Assembly (NCBI GenBank): GCA_964016885.1
Contig: OZ024756.1
Span: 372,001-436,000 of the forward strand
Reading direction: 5' to 3'
DNA length: 64,000 bases
Origin: Eledone cirrhosa
Taxonomy: Eukaryota
Shown: one piece after another, positions 63,233 to 64,000 of the stretch
How positions within the stretch are numbered: the first letter of the stretch is position 1
Layout of the letters: every line of letters begins with the position of its first letter
Program-made: the position numbers and the translations under genes
The notes under the pieces: model-generated
Databases searched by the model: none
Seen by the model: the letters and a program-made list of their open reading frames with translations, nothing else
Told to the model about the DNA's origin: nothing

Positions 63233-63424
63233 GGCGGTGGATTGGCAGTATCGGTAGAGAGTCGGACGCCATGCTTTGCAGCAAGGAGTTACGGCCCTTT
63301 ATGATCTGCGAGTTCAAATCCCGTTGAGGTTAACTTTGCCTTTCATCCTTACAGGGTCGATAAAATAAAGTACCAGTAATGTACTGCATAATTGCTGGCC
63401 TTGTGCCAATAGTAGAAACAATTA
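63233..63424 (+). mobile_element. SINE S1, full length
   Basis: matches 55755-55948. Confidence 0.95.
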
Positions 63425-64000
63425 TATATATATATATGTGTGTGTGTGTTTCTCTTATAACTATGAATAGAAAGAAAAGGAAGAAAGGTACCATCTACAT
63501 AGGAGTGTGTGTGTGTTTTTGTGTATATATGTGTGAATGTGCATGTGTGGGAGGGAGTGTATGTGTGGGAAGGAAGTGTGTGTGTGAGAATGAATAGGTC
63601 ATTGAACTAGAGAAGGATGTAGTCTGTAAGAGAGACAACCAACAGTTTAGTGAACTTTGATTTAACAGCTCAATGTGAGGATTACTTACACACACACAAC
63701 AGACATACATACATGCACACACACACATGTACATACATGCACAAACACATACGTACATACATGCACAAACACATACGTACATATGTACATGCATGCACAA
63801 ACACACATATACACAAACGTACATATGTACATACATGCACAAACACACACACATATATATAATATTTACTATTCATCATATTTTCCAATGCTGGCATGGG
63901 TCAGACAGGATGCTTTTGAGATGCTGTTTTACAACCCAATGCCATTCCTGATGCAAACCCTTCCTGTTGCCTCATACAACACACAAGGATAAGGTGTACT

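Overview
This is eukaryotic, repeat-dominated DNA. The mix of tRNA-derived SINEs, RTE LINEs with (GAT)n tails and very long TA/CA/GA microsatellites suggests an octopod cephalopod (inference). Well supported: three 5'-truncated RTE LINEs (one with an uninterrupted ORF of about 800 codons); a decayed but complete Gypsy LTR retrotransposon (43912-48852, TSD GACGC) inside a ~40-bp satellite; TTAA-flanked piggyBac-type MITEs; many SINEs; R4/Dong-like and Penelope-like remnants; and numerous mini- and microsatellites. Most long ORFs in the track are simple-repeat artefacts. Best leads: (1) four phase-compatible small exons spread over 16 kb that would spell an unidentified protein C-terminus; (2) six hammerhead-ribozyme-like motifs, two of them in a fold-back; (3) a recurring hairpin with compensatory changes; (4) an LTR that has captured an antisense SINE B-box; (5) a mirror inversion inside the satellite; (6) a candidate recursive splice site. 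No CRISPR or prokaryotic system is present. All analysis was done by eye, so boundaries of degraded repeats are approximate.
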